64,000 nucleotides of DNA from positions 62,001-126,000 of IMG/VR virus record IMGVR_UViG_3300044701_000569; one strand, given 5' to 3'. A model generated the notes under the pieces. That model was not told where the DNA came from. It saw nothing but the letters and a program-made list of their open reading frames with translations, and ran no database searches. Position numbers and translations under genes: made by a program. Shown here piece by piece: positions 27,988 through 38,213 of the stretch (the stretch's first letter is position 1; each line of letters begins with the position of its first letter).

Positions 27988-30900
27988 TTAACTTGATGCT
28001 AAGAAGTAGTTTAGGGCCAATGGTGAACCGTCTACTCCTTGTTTAAAATTCATTCTCTTGTTTATATTAATCGGACCACCACTAGTAGTAGTTATCTGAT
28101 TTGTTGAAATTACAACATCTCCCGCTGTAACTGTATTTACATTTAATATGGCACCACCGCCACCAATTTGCGATTCAATGTAAGTTCTAATAGCTCTCTG
28201 AGTTGGAACAATACTATCGCTGTTGGCTGCAAATGTTCCGTCTGTTGAAAACTCGTTAACAGCAGTGTTTGAGCTTCCTAGTGTTACTGAACCTAACTGT
28301 AGTTCCTGTAGACCGCTTAGGTTAAAGGCATTAGCATTTAGCGTTGATCTACCAGTTGACTGTTCAACTGAGAACAAATCACCTACTCTAAAGTTACCAT
28401 CTTGGTCAGTGCTGGTAAAGAACACACGACCGCCGCCAAATTCTTTAGTTTCTTTAGTTTGATCTGGTGCTATTAAAGGTGTTCCAGGATAGTTTGTATT
28501 TGCAAAATTACCTGTACCAATATCTAAGAAGTCATGACCTGTTAAGCGTACTTGGCTGTATCTAATTCTAATAGTAGCTGTAGTTAAATGTTCTGGTGCT
28601 AGAGCAATAGTAACTTCTGGGCTCAACTGTAATCTAGCTGTATAAGGTCCTGAACCTAACAGTTCAGTTACTGATACTAATTTGTATACAGATGAATTAC
28701 CATCAAAGACTACGTTAGAGCCAGCAGTTGGTACAGAAGTTAGTCCTGACATGTTAACATAGAAACCGTTTTGGTATTGATCTCTATAACCTTCACCAGT
28801 CATAAACGCACCAGTAGCTGAATAGCCAACTCCGCCTGATACTATTGACGGACTGCCTAGCGCACCGTTTCCTGTTCTTACAGTATAAGTTGCTTCACTG
28901 GTATTCACAGGATCTGTTATTGTTATAGTTGGTACTGAAGCATATCCGCTGCCTGGTTCCCACAAATTAATTGCTGATATCTGTCCACTAGCAACTACTG
29001 CTCTGCCTTGAGTGCGTGTTATGTTTGGTATAGATAATGCACTAGATGCTCCTGTAGCAATAATAGTCCATATTGGGTTGCTGCTTGGATTACCAAAACC
29101 AACAGTTGTCCACGTATCTGAACTTACTGCTCTTGATGTCCATGTAATGCCGTCTGTGCTTGTTGCAATAGCAACTGATGTACCACCGCCATAGCCGGCT
29201 ATAGCAATGAACGTTCCTTGACCGTAGTGTATTTCTTTCCATGTGCTGGACGCTGGCAGTGTTGCAGATACCCAGGTTATACCATCAAAGGAATAAGCTG
29301 CGTCTGCACTGCCTGTGGCTACTGCTACGAATCTTCCATTGCCGTAGGTTACACTGGTCCAGTTAGCACTAGCTGGTAGTGTTGCTGCTAACCAAGTTGT
29401 GCCGTTAGTACTATAAGCAGCAGCAGTACTTGCTCCACTTGCACCTGATATTGCAACAAACTTGTTTTTACCATAAGTTACACTGTTCCATGTAGTGCTT
29501 GAGGGCAATGCGCCGCCTGCTGTCCAACTAGTACCGTTAGTGCTGTATGCTGTATCAGTTCCGCCACTGGCTACTGCTACAAATCTGCTTCCGCCAAATG
29601 CAACACTAGTCCATGTAACTGATGCAGGAAGTGTTGCAGCAGTCCATGATGTACCACCGTTTGTAGAGTACGCTGCATTTGTGCCGCCGCTGGCTACAGC
29701 AACATGATAAGTTGTACTACTAATAACACCGCTATCAACAGAGCTCCATGTAGCACTTGCTGGTAATGCGCCACCAGCAGTCCACGAAGTACCATTTGAC
29801 GAATAAGCAGAATCTGTTCCGCCGCTGGCTACTGCTACAAACTGGCCGCCTCCATATGCTACAGAAGTCCAATTAGACGGTGAAGGCATCGTTCTAGATG
29901 AAGCTGTATATGTTGGTGCTGTAAATTCAATTCTTGGTTCTATCTGATATACTGTAGTTAAATCTAATGTTGATTCAATAGTAGTACCAGGTACAACATG
30001 ATCCCATCCAGCTGTTCCTGTTGATTCTTTGTAGATAGTAGCTACCTTAGTACCCGAATCGTATGCTTGTACGTAGCCGTATTGACCTACACCTTTACCG
30101 CTAGCAACGACTACTCTCATTCCTAAGTATTGTGTGCTAATACCTGTGTCAGCGCCTGACAATGTAATACTAGTTGTGTTACCTGTTTGAGCTATTCCTG
30201 ATGGATAGCCGTAATCAGCGCCGGCAGTTAACATTCTTACTTCAAAGACAGCACCGTCTCTAATTTCATCTCCAACGACAGTCGCGCCAAAGCCATTACC
30301 AGTAAAGGTAAATGCATTATTTGAAGTTGTGTACTCGCTACCTGCATTCTTGTATTCAAGTCTTAGAATGCTGTTACCGTTAGTGAACACATTACCAATT
30401 TCTGCTTCATAAGCTCTGTTGTTTACTGTTCCGGTAATAGGAGTTTCTGAAACATCAAAACCTTCTGCTACGCAACCAAACGAGCCATATGATGAGTTTC
30501 CGTTTGTTGCACGAATTTTTCCGCCGTGTTCTGCTAGGTAACCTATGTGTCCATAATAAGAGAACACAGAAACAAGTTCTGATCTGCCTAACTCTGTACA
30601 CCATACGCCAATACCGTCACTTAGTACTTGTGTAAAGTCGTTAGCAACAATAGAATCATTACCACCGTTGTGCAAGCTGCCGTCTATTTTTAGACCAACG
30701 CAGGCTGTACCAAATGTAGTAACGTTCTGAACATATGGGGACTTGTTAATAATCCATGCCTTAGTATCGTTGGGACCCCAACCTGGATCTAAACTAACAA
30801 ACGCACCTGCACTTGGTCTACGTGTTCCAAACGCATTTGGTGATCCTAGCGTACCTGTTAGACCTTGAACAGTACAGTTACGAAGACCTGTACCATTTCT

Positions 30901-33462
30901 CATGTAGAACATGTCTTCTTCTAAGCAACCATTAACTGCATTTACGTAATAACGAGCAGCTAACAGTGATTTGTAATTGCCTGTATAAATTAAATCGTAT
31001 TTGATAGCATCTAAGTACCTATCAACGTCTCGTGCGCACTTAGCTGAATCATATACATATGATGGATAGGTAACTGCAATATATGCTAAAATTTCAGCTT
31101 TAATAAATGCTCTGTTAGCTTCAATAGATTCAACAGCATAGGTATAACCAGTTGATGTTTCAGGCGTATTACTACCTGCTGAAAGCGGAACAGTTGAGTC
31201 ACCTGTTGCTCCGTTTACACCCCAATTAATGTAGTCCTGCATCTGTTGCACTAGTTCAGCTGCAACAGTTCCTGCACCTGCTGAACCAGCTGGTCTAGTT
31301 GTAACTTGTGTTTCAGTATTGCCTACCGAAGGAGTAACAGCTATATTTTGTGATATGTTACCAATAATAGCTTCTAATCTTGCTAGTCCTGCTAGACTGT
31401 AAGGCGTGTCTGCTGAATCAACTAAACTTCCTGCTGGTAAAATTCGTGTGCTTCTTAGTTCGTCACCTACTACTGCGGTGTTCTCTGGAACAATGATCGG
31501 GGTAACTTCGTAGAATTCACCTGTTTTAACAAATATAGTATGTGTTGGCTTTCTTTCTACAACAATGTTTGCGAATAGTCCACTGTCTACAGGATCACTG
31601 ATTACATCTAGAAGTGTTTCTAGTGCTGCTTGAGCGCCTGTTTCTTCAACCAGTGCTGTATTAATAACTTGTGTTATAGGACTTGGCACACTGTTTAGTG
31701 TTTGGTAATTAGCTGCTGGCGCAACATTTGATATAACAGCATCAATCAATGTAGCCATATATCCCAATGCTGCTGCAAACTGATCAGCTTCGTCAGTCAT
31801 TGCTGCAATAAGTGTGCCGCCACTAAAATAGCTTGCAACCATACTTCTACTGCGAGCATTTCCGCCATGAGAGATATCCCATACCAGTGCATCTACTATT
31901 TTACCAAATTCTACTTCAGTAAGATATTCATTGTCATTAACAAATCCTGACCAGATACCAGCGCCTCCGGTGATCTGATATGTTACCCAATTAAATATTT
32001 CTGCTTGGATAAAGCTTCTATTTTTTTCTAACGATGTTTTAACATTAGGATTTCTATGTCCTGCTTCAACTCTTTCCGCAGCATATCTTACTGTTTTAAA
32101 AGGTTTATCTAGAGTGTAACCGTAATCTAATTCATCTGTTCCGTTTGGTTCTACGTAGTAGACTCCGTCAATTTGACCCCATGTGTCCCATGATAAATTT
32201 CCTGCTGTAACTTTTAGTACTTGACCATCTGTTCCTATAGGCAGTCTTGCAGGGCCTGAACCACTGTAGTAAACAATATCACCTTGTGTGGTCATTACAG
32301 TAGTTTCAACACCACCTGTTAATAGATTCCAATATGTTCCAAGTGTATCAACATCTGGTCTATTAGTAGCTGTTGCAGATGTGTGTGACAATACGCAGAC
32401 ATATGTAAAATTGTTATACTTTACTGAATCACCTAGCTCATAATCTGTAGCGTCTGCCCATGCGCTTCTCCACTTATAACCATAATTAAGTCTTTGCCAG
32501 TAGGTTGTAAGAGGTGGCTTGTTGCCTGATGAAGATGTATGATCTCCTGTGCATAGATAAGTGTAACCATTTAATCTAACAACATCACCTACCTTATAGT
32601 CTGTAGCTAGAGCAAAATCACCTATAAACTTAAATCCTGTTGAGAACAAATCCCAATTAGTTGAAGAAGATGTTGGTGTTTGATTAGAATGGTTTGTTTT
32701 TGCTACGTACTGATATCCGCCGTAAGTAACAACGTCACCTGGCTGATAAACAGTAACTGAACTCCAACTATCTTCAAATTCTAAACCTTCTACAAATTGG
32801 CCCCACCTGCCGTTATCTTCATCAGTTTCAAAGGTTACTGCAACGTTTGACGTGTGGTACAAGGTGCATATCCAAAGGCCGCCGCCGTACTTTACAACAT
32901 CATTTTTCTTGTATCTTACTGTTGAATTACTCCAAGTTCCTTTATAATCAAAACTCTGGGTGACAATATCCCACTTAAGGATATCGTCTTCTAAACCCAA
33001 CGTTGCTGTAGCAGCACTAGTGTGACTGTCGTTACATCTATAAACAGTAGCACCGTAACGAACTACATCGCCTAATTTATAATAAGTTGCTGTAGACCAG
33101 TTACCTTTCCAATCAAACGAAGCTGTTGCAAAAGTTTCCCATTTGGATTGATCATCTTCAAGATAAGTTTGAGAAGTATGCCCTGTTGAACATATATAGA
33201 CTAAACTACCCCATGTAACTAGATCGCCTAGCTTATAGTATGTGGATCCTGTCCAATTACCTTTGTATTCTTGGCCATCACTGGCTAAGTTCCATTTTGC
33301 TGCATCGAGGTCAATGTAAAAATCGCCTGCTGAAGTATGTCCTTCGATACATATATACGTTTTTCCGCCATAACGAATTACGTCATCTCTATAGTAGGTA
33401 GTAGAAGAATTCCATAGGTTTTTCCAAACAAATCTAATTCTACCTAATTTAAACTCAGCCAT
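27988..33462 (-). CDS. Giant fibre protein (1824 aa)
   Basis: N-terminal WxxxxxYxxGDVVxYGG (CBM5/12-like) repeats, NKSPYVQNVTTFG beta-helix-like region, propeller repeats and a C-terminal QVRLTGHDFLDIGTG domain. Confidence 0.75.
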   Translation of the reverse strand: MAEFKLGRIRFVWKNLWNSSTTYYRDDVIRYGGKTYICIEGHTSAGDFYIDLDAAKWNLASDGQEYKGNWTGSTYYKLGDLVTWGSLVYICSTGHTSQTYLEDDQSKWETFATASFDWKGNWSTATYYKLGDVVRYGATVYRCNDSHTSAATATLGLEDDILKWDIVTQSFDYKGTWSNSTVRYKKNDVVKYGGGLWICTLYHTSNVAVTFETDEDNGRWGQFVEGLEFEDSWSSVTVYQPGDVVTYGGYQYVAKTNHSNQTPTSSSTNWDLFSTGFKFIGDFALATDYKVGDVVRLNGYTYLCTGDHTSSSGNKPPLTTYWQRLNYGYKWRSAWADATDYELGDSVKYNNFTYVCVLSHTSATATNRPDVDTLGTYWNLLTGGVETTVMTTQGDIVYYSGSGPARLPIGTDGQVLKVTAGNLSWDTWGQIDGVYYVEPNGTDELDYGYTLDKPFKTVRYAAERVEAGHRNPNVKTSLEKNRSFIQAEIFNWVTYQITGGAGIWSGFVNDNEYLTEVEFGKIVDALVWDISHGGNARSRSMVASYFSGGTLIAAMTDEADQFAAALGYMATLIDAVISNVAPAANYQTLNSVPSPITQVINTALVEETGAQAALETLLDVISDPVDSGLFANIVVERKPTHTIFVKTGEFYEVTPIIVPENTAVVGDELRSTRILPAGSLVDSADTPYSLAGLARLEAIIGNISQNIAVTPSVGNTETQVTTRPAGSAGAGTVAAELVQQMQDYINWGVNGATGDSTVPLSAGSNTPETSTGYTYAVESIEANRAFIKAEILAYIAVTYPSYVYDSAKCARDVDRYLDAIKYDLIYTGNYKSLLAARYYVNAVNGCLEEDMFYMRNGTGLRNCTVQGLTGTLGSPNAFGTRRPSAGAFVSLDPGWGPNDTKAWIINKSPYVQNVTTFGTACVGLKIDGSLHNGGNDSIVANDFTQVLSDGIGVWCTELGRSELVSVFSYYGHIGYLAEHGGKIRATNGNSSYGSFGCVAEGFDVSETPITGTVNNRAYEAEIGNVFTNGNSILRLEYKNAGSEYTTSNNAFTFTGNGFGATVVGDEIRDGAVFEVRMLTAGADYGYPSGIAQTGNTTSITLSGADTGISTQYLGMRVVVASGKGVGQYGYVQAYDSGTKVATIYKESTGTAGWDHVVPGTTIESTLDLTTVYQIEPRIEFTAPTYTASSRTMPSPSNWTSVAYGGGQFVAVASGGTDSAYSSNGTSWTAGGALPASATWSSVDSGVISSTTYHVAVASGGTNAAYSTNGGTSWTAATLPASVTWTSVAFGGSRFVAVASGGTDTAYSTNGTSWTAGGALPSSTTWNSVTYGKNKFVAISGASGASTAAAYSTNGTTWLAATLPASANWTSVTYGNGRFVAVATGSADAAYSFDGITWVSATLPASSTWKEIHYGQGTFIAIAGYGGGTSVAIATSTDGITWTSRAVSSDTWTTVGFGNPSSNPIWTIIATGASSALSIPNITRTQGRAVVASGQISAINLWEPGSGYASVPTITITDPVNTSEATYTVRTGNGALGSPSIVSGGVGYSATGAFMTGEGYRDQYQNGFYVNMSGLTSVPTAGSNVVFDGNSSVYKLVSVTELLGSGPYTARLQLSPEVTIALAPEHLTTATIRIRYSQVRLTGHDFLDIGTGNFANTNYPGTPLIAPDQTKETKEFGGGRVFFTSTDQDGNFRVGDLFSVEQSTGRSTLNANAFNLSGLQELQLGSVTLGSSNTAVNEFSTDGTFAANSDSIVPTQRAIRTYIESQIGGGGAILNVNTVTAGDVVISTNQITTTSGGPININKRMNFKQGVDGSPLALNYFLASS
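29090..29885 (-). repeat. Tandem coding repeats of about 42 aa (beta-propeller-like)
   Basis: W(T/S/N)SV(A/T)YGxGxFVAVASGGTxxAYSxNGxxW units, about 6-7 copies. Confidence 0.8.
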
Positions 33463-33490
33463 CTTATACTCCAGTATCCTTAGTTATTAA

Positions 33491-33498
33491 TATTTATC
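33491..33498 (-). promoter_or_regulatory. Late promoter box (GATAAATA)
   Basis: tatttatc upstream of the GGAG SD of the gene starting at 33462. Confidence 0.6.
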
Positions 33499-33500
33499 CA

Positions 33501-36500
33501 TTATCGCTTAAAGTAAGCAAGTGCTAGTAAACTACCTTCAACACCACCAGTAAAACGTGCTACTGCATCAAAATCTATACTCCCTGTTGCCGAAGTAATT
33601 TGATTGTTGTTAATAATTATCTGTCCAGCACGTAATTGGCTAACGTTGAGATCCTCACCACCACCACCAATTTGAGCAGCTATGTAAGTTTTTAAAGCTC
33701 TTTGCGTAGGCACAATATTGTTAGAATTTGCACCTAACGTTGCATCAGTGCTGAATTCTCTAATTACAGCACCTGTTCCTCCCAGTACAACACCGCCTAA
33801 TCTTAACTCAGTTAAACCTGTTAGGTCAAAAGCGTCAGCATTTAGTGTAATAATACCTGTGGCCTGTTCAACTTTAAACAATTCGCCTACACGGAAGTTA
33901 CCGTCTTGGTCGGTTGAAGTATAGAATACTCGTCCGCCGCCTGCGTCATTTGTTTCTCTAAAAGCTTCAGGTTCATTTTGAGGAAGTCCTGGATAATTTG
34001 TTTCTACAAAATTACCTGTGCCAATATCTAAGAAGTCATGACCTGTTAGTCGTACTTGACTATAGTTTTCTCTAACAGTAATTGCAGAAGAGTGTGCGGG
34101 TGATTCATACGTATCTATTCTAGGACTTACTCTAAGTTTAGCACTTTGATTTCCTAAACTACCGGTTATATCTTCTATAGTTACTAGTCTATAAACGGTA
34201 GAATTTCCATTAAATTGTACGTTAGCACCGGGTCCTGGTTGTCCAGTTAAACCAGTTACCCATATGTAACTTCCTGTTTGGAATGCATCTTGTAGACCAA
34301 CACCAGTAACTGTTGCATTAGCCGTAACATATCCGGTTCCTCTATTAGAAAAAGTAGGCTGTGCTAGTACACCACTTCCTATTCTTGCTGTCCAAGTACC
34401 TGTAGAAGTAGCATTAGGATCAACTACAGTAATAGTAGGTTGATTCAAATATCCTGAACCGGGATTTATAATCCTAAAACTTCCTATTCTACCAGAAGCT
34501 ATTGCTACTCTAGCTGTTGCTCTAGTACCAGTTCCTACAGAAATAATAACTCTTGGTTCAATCTGATATCTGCTGGTGCTAGCTGGATCAACAATAGGTG
34601 TGCCGGATAACATGTGATCCCATCCAGATGTATCATCTGATTCTTTAGATATAGAAGCTATCTTAGTAAGAGGATCGTATGCAGATATATAACCATATTG
34701 TCCTACGCCTGCGCCTGATATAATAACTAACTTCATACCAAGATAAACAGATTCTTCACTCTCATCACTATTCGCTAGAGTTATAGTACCTGATGAACCG
34801 CTGCCCCCTTGTGCATAGTTTTGTCTTATTAGATAACCAGTGCCGCCCACAGTTCCCGAATCGTACGGGTCTGTTATTCTAATTTCATAAATTCCGTTTG
34901 TTACTACGTTTGCACTGCTAACTGCTGCGTTAAGACCTGCACCCGTAAATGTATAAGCTGCGGCAGAGTCGTAGTTAATACCAGCGTTAGTGTATTCTAA
35001 ACTTAGTATTTGATCTCCATCTGTGAACACATAACCAATTTGTGCTTCAAAATTTCTATTGTTTACACTACCAGTAATAGGAGTCTCTGTAGCATCAATT
35101 CCTTCTGCTATAGAACCGTAGTCTCCATAAGAATTATTTCCGTTAGTAGCACGAATTTTTCCGCCAGCAGTTGCAAGATAGCCAACATGACAGTAGTAGG
35201 TAAACACAGAAACAAGTTCTGCTCTTCCTAGATCTGTAATCCAACAACCTATACCGTCACTTATGACTTGTGTAAAGTCGTTGGCAACTATAGAATCATT
35301 GCCGCCGGCATGTAGAGAGCCATCAACCTTTAACCCTACGCATCCTGTACCAAATGTAGTAACGTTTTGAATATACGGAGATTTATTAGTAATCCATACT
35401 GTTGAGTCGCCTGTTCCTGTGCCAGGATCTAGCGAAACAAATTTTACATCATTTAATGGTCGCTGAGTAAAATATTCGTTAGGTGATGACAATGTATCAA
35501 ATAATCCCTGTAGAGTCATGTTTCTTATGCCTGTGGCATTTCTAACATAAAACATGTCAGTACTTTCATATCCAGCTGCTGGTTGTACTATAGTACTTCT
35601 TAACTCGTCACCAACTAATGCTACACCTGCAGGTATACTAATAGGTAACTCTTCTTCGTATACACCTGTTTTTATAAAAATAGTTGCAGGGCCTGTTATG
35701 TTTGCACAGGCATACTTAATTGTTCTCCACGGCTCGTTAAGAGTAGTTCCTCTTCCAGCTGCGTCAACACCGTCTGTTGCTACATAGTACACTTTTGAAA
35801 CGTTGCCAAATAAATCCCAATCAAATGTAGTTCCGTTAGATACTTTAATTAATTCATTTTCGCTACCCTTTGGAAACCTATCCTTTGCTCCACTGTTATA
35901 CCATAGAATATCACCCTGTGCTGCTAGAACGTTAGATGAATGTCCTTCTACATATACATCCCAATATGTTCCCGAACCTGCTATGTCTGTGTCTGGGCGT
36001 GTAGGTGATGACCCTGTGTGTGCTAATTTACAAACATAAGTAGTTGAACCGTATGTTGCTAAGTCGCCTAGTTTATAGGATATACCAGTTATCCATAGAC
36101 CTCGCCATGCTTCGCTGGGAGAAACTATTTCCCAATAAGATAAGTTTGGTGGTTCTTCATTAGTGTTGTCTGCTACTGCAACATAAAGATAGCCTCTGTG
36201 TCTTACAACATTGCCAACTTCGTACGCTGGACCTACTGCCCAATCACCGTCAAACGTGTATCTTTCAGAGACTGGTTGCCAATATGCACTAGCAGTTACA
36301 GGATTTTGATTAGTGTTGTTTTGTTTTGCTCTATAATTATAACCGCCGTACCAAACAACATCACCTTGTTGATAGTATGTAGAACTATCGTAAATACTTT
36401 CAAATTCTAAACCTTCAAGGTAAACTGTCCAGTTAGCTAGATTAGCAGCAAAACCTGTAGATGTATGTTCTGTATTTGCTACCCAAAGGGTAGAACCGTA

Positions 36501-37481
36501 CTTAACTATGTCGCCAACTTTATAGCGTACAGCTTGTGCCCAGTCACCGATAAAATGTGTACCGTCATACACAGTGTCCCATTTTTCAATGTCAGCTTCT
36601 AATCCGCTTGACACTGTAGATGCACTGGTATGTCCTGTGTTGCATCTATAAACTATGCCACCGTATACTACTAGATCTCCTACTTTATATCTCGTACTAG
36701 TTAGCCAAACATTTTTCCAGTCTTCAGATTCAGTTACTTCTCTCCAGAAACGTTGATTGACTTCTAATCCTAGTGAAGCTAATATTGTTGAGGTATGGAT
36801 AGTTAAGCACTCGTATATTTTACCGCCATAACGTACTTTATCTCTTTCGTTGTAAAGTGTATTAAGTTGCCATGTGCCGCGCCAATGTGATCCTTCAAAC
36901 ATCAGCTCCCAAGTTGAACTTGTTGATGCAGCTATTGAGTTTCCGTAGCCTGTAGCAGCCTGTGACCAATAGTATAATGTGTTTGGAGTATCATCTTTAA
37001 TTTCAATCCTAACCTCTCTAAGACCAGCAGAAGAAAATCCTGAAACATATCCAGTAGCACTTACTTCAACATTGTCTAGATAATAAGTTACGTTTTTTGT
37101 ATAGTTACTGCCGCCGCCGTAAAATCCATTGGCTGTAGATGAAAAGTATAAAGGATGTTGACTTGCTGAAAAAGAAACGTTAGATGCATCATTTTGATTA
37201 AAAATATAAGGTCTACCCTTTTTAAGTGTTAAGTCAGGTCTTTCAACACCATTAATAAAAAACACATCAGCTGTGTCTGCTGTATTTCTAGCAACAGTTA
37301 CTACTAGATCTCTCGGTGTGCTACCAAAGTCAGTATAAAAAGCACTGCTCGAAGTATGCGAATCTAATGCTACATAGGCTTTGCCTGCATAATACACTAC
37401 ATCGTCTTTGGTATAGTCTGTAGCAGGTGCCCAGTTACCTGTCCATCTAAATTTAAGTCTATCTATTTTAAAATTAGCCAT
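33501..37481 (-). CDS. Giant fibre protein (1326 aa), paralogue of the 1824-aa protein
   Basis: Same N-terminal F(K)xxRxxFxW start, W-Y repeats, NKSPYIQNVTTFG and QVRLTGHDFLDIGTG domains. Confidence 0.75.
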   Translation of the reverse strand: MANFKIDRLKFRWTGNWAPATDYTKDDVVYYAGKAYVALDSHTSSSAFYTDFGSTPRDLVVTVARNTADTADVFFINGVERPDLTLKKGRPYIFNQNDASNVSFSASQHPLYFSSTANGFYGGGSNYTKNVTYYLDNVEVSATGYVSGFSSAGLREVRIEIKDDTPNTLYYWSQAATGYGNSIAASTSSTWELMFEGSHWRGTWQLNTLYNERDKVRYGGKIYECLTIHTSTILASLGLEVNQRFWREVTESEDWKNVWLTSTRYKVGDLVVYGGIVYRCNTGHTSASTVSSGLEADIEKWDTVYDGTHFIGDWAQAVRYKVGDIVKYGSTLWVANTEHTSTGFAANLANWTVYLEGLEFESIYDSSTYYQQGDVVWYGGYNYRAKQNNTNQNPVTASAYWQPVSERYTFDGDWAVGPAYEVGNVVRHRGYLYVAVADNTNEEPPNLSYWEIVSPSEAWRGLWITGISYKLGDLATYGSTTYVCKLAHTGSSPTRPDTDIAGSGTYWDVYVEGHSSNVLAAQGDILWYNSGAKDRFPKGSENELIKVSNGTTFDWDLFGNVSKVYYVATDGVDAAGRGTTLNEPWRTIKYACANITGPATIFIKTGVYEEELPISIPAGVALVGDELRSTIVQPAAGYESTDMFYVRNATGIRNMTLQGLFDTLSSPNEYFTQRPLNDVKFVSLDPGTGTGDSTVWITNKSPYIQNVTTFGTGCVGLKVDGSLHAGGNDSIVANDFTQVISDGIGCWITDLGRAELVSVFTYYCHVGYLATAGGKIRATNGNNSYGDYGSIAEGIDATETPITGSVNNRNFEAQIGYVFTDGDQILSLEYTNAGINYDSAAAYTFTGAGLNAAVSSANVVTNGIYEIRITDPYDSGTVGGTGYLIRQNYAQGGSGSSGTITLANSDESEESVYLGMKLVIISGAGVGQYGYISAYDPLTKIASISKESDDTSGWDHMLSGTPIVDPASTSRYQIEPRVIISVGTGTRATARVAIASGRIGSFRIINPGSGYLNQPTITVVDPNATSTGTWTARIGSGVLAQPTFSNRGTGYVTANATVTGVGLQDAFQTGSYIWVTGLTGQPGPGANVQFNGNSTVYRLVTIEDITGSLGNQSAKLRVSPRIDTYESPAHSSAITVRENYSQVRLTGHDFLDIGTGNFVETNYPGLPQNEPEAFRETNDAGGGRVFYTSTDQDGNFRVGELFKVEQATGIITLNADAFDLTGLTELRLGGVVLGGTGAVIREFSTDATLGANSNNIVPTQRALKTYIAAQIGGGGEDLNVSQLRAGQIIINNNQITSATGSIDFDAVARFTGGVEGSLLALAYFKR

Positions 37482-37492
37482 AGTTGTAACCT

Positions 37493-37870
37493 TTATTCTG
37501 TTCCGTCAGAGCTTATACCAGAAGGATATGTGTAAGCTGTATTCAATCTCATAACTAGATCACCGTCATCATTTATGTAGTAAAGAGCGTTTCTATCATC
37601 CCATCTGTACTGTTCATATACTAAGTTTTGATAAAGTAGGTCTCTGTCTTGATTTCGTCCTTCGAAGAAATCTTGACCTATTTCAAAATAAGGATAGTTG
37701 TCTTCTTCTGCACCGGGCTTGTTTACGCTAATTGAATCAGAATTATTTAATTGATCAACTTTACCAAAAAACAATTCTCCCTTGTCTGTTCTTCTAAATC
37801 CGTAGAAAAATCTGCTGCTGAGAGTAGCTGCTACAGAATCCGGAGTAAACCCAATATAATTTAATGACAT
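37493..37870 (-). CDS. Hypothetical virion-cluster protein
   Basis: 125-aa ORF tightly packed in the operon. Confidence 0.6.
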   Translation of the reverse strand: MSLNYIGFTPDSVAATLSSRFFYGFRRTDKGELFFGKVDQLNNSDSISVNKPGAEEDNYPYFEIGQDFFEGRNQDRDLLYQNLVYEQYRWDDRNALYYINDDGDLVMRLNTAYTYPSGISSDGTE

Positions 37871-37879
37871 AATTTTTCC

Positions 37880-38209
37880 TTATACGATATCTACGTAGCT
37901 TATCACAGCATCTAGCGCACTGTCTTGATCAGCCACCAACAACAATTGATTTAGCGGTGCTAGTATTAATTTTTCACCTGCACTTAATGCTCTTAAACTT
38001 GAGTGTGCTGGTATCATTACATCTCTAAGATAATAACCTTCAACACTGGTATCATCATGCACTAGAACACTTGCATAGACAATTCCAGAAGTTAAGTTAG
38101 CAAGACTTAGTCCAATTACAGTTGATCTTGTACCAGCATTAGTTTCAAGTGCAAGTATAGGTACTGTTCCTATTTCTTTAATTACTTTATTTTTAAACGT
38201 TGTTGCCAT
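37880..38209 (-). CDS. Small beta-sandwich virion adaptor protein
   Basis: MATTFKN, VIGLSLANL, AGEKLIL and VISYVDIV; similar to the ORFs at 27654 and 45212. Confidence 0.6.
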   Translation of the reverse strand: MATTFKNKVIKEIGTVPILALETNAGTRSTVIGLSLANLTSGIVYASVLVHDDTSVEGYYLRDVMIPAHSSLRALSAGEKLILAPLNQLLLVADQDSALDAVISYVDIV

Positions 38210-38213
38210 TCTT

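Noticed and set aside
29090-29885. CRISPR-like repeat array
   Set aside because: The repeats are degenerate, in frame and encode propeller blades. No identical repeat-spacer pattern or cas gene is seen anywhere in the window.
26173-37481. Diversity-generating retroelement acting on the fibres
   Set aside because: There is no reverse transcriptase in the window. The paralogous repeats lie in coding frames on both sides and differ mostly at third codon positions, not specifically at adenines.
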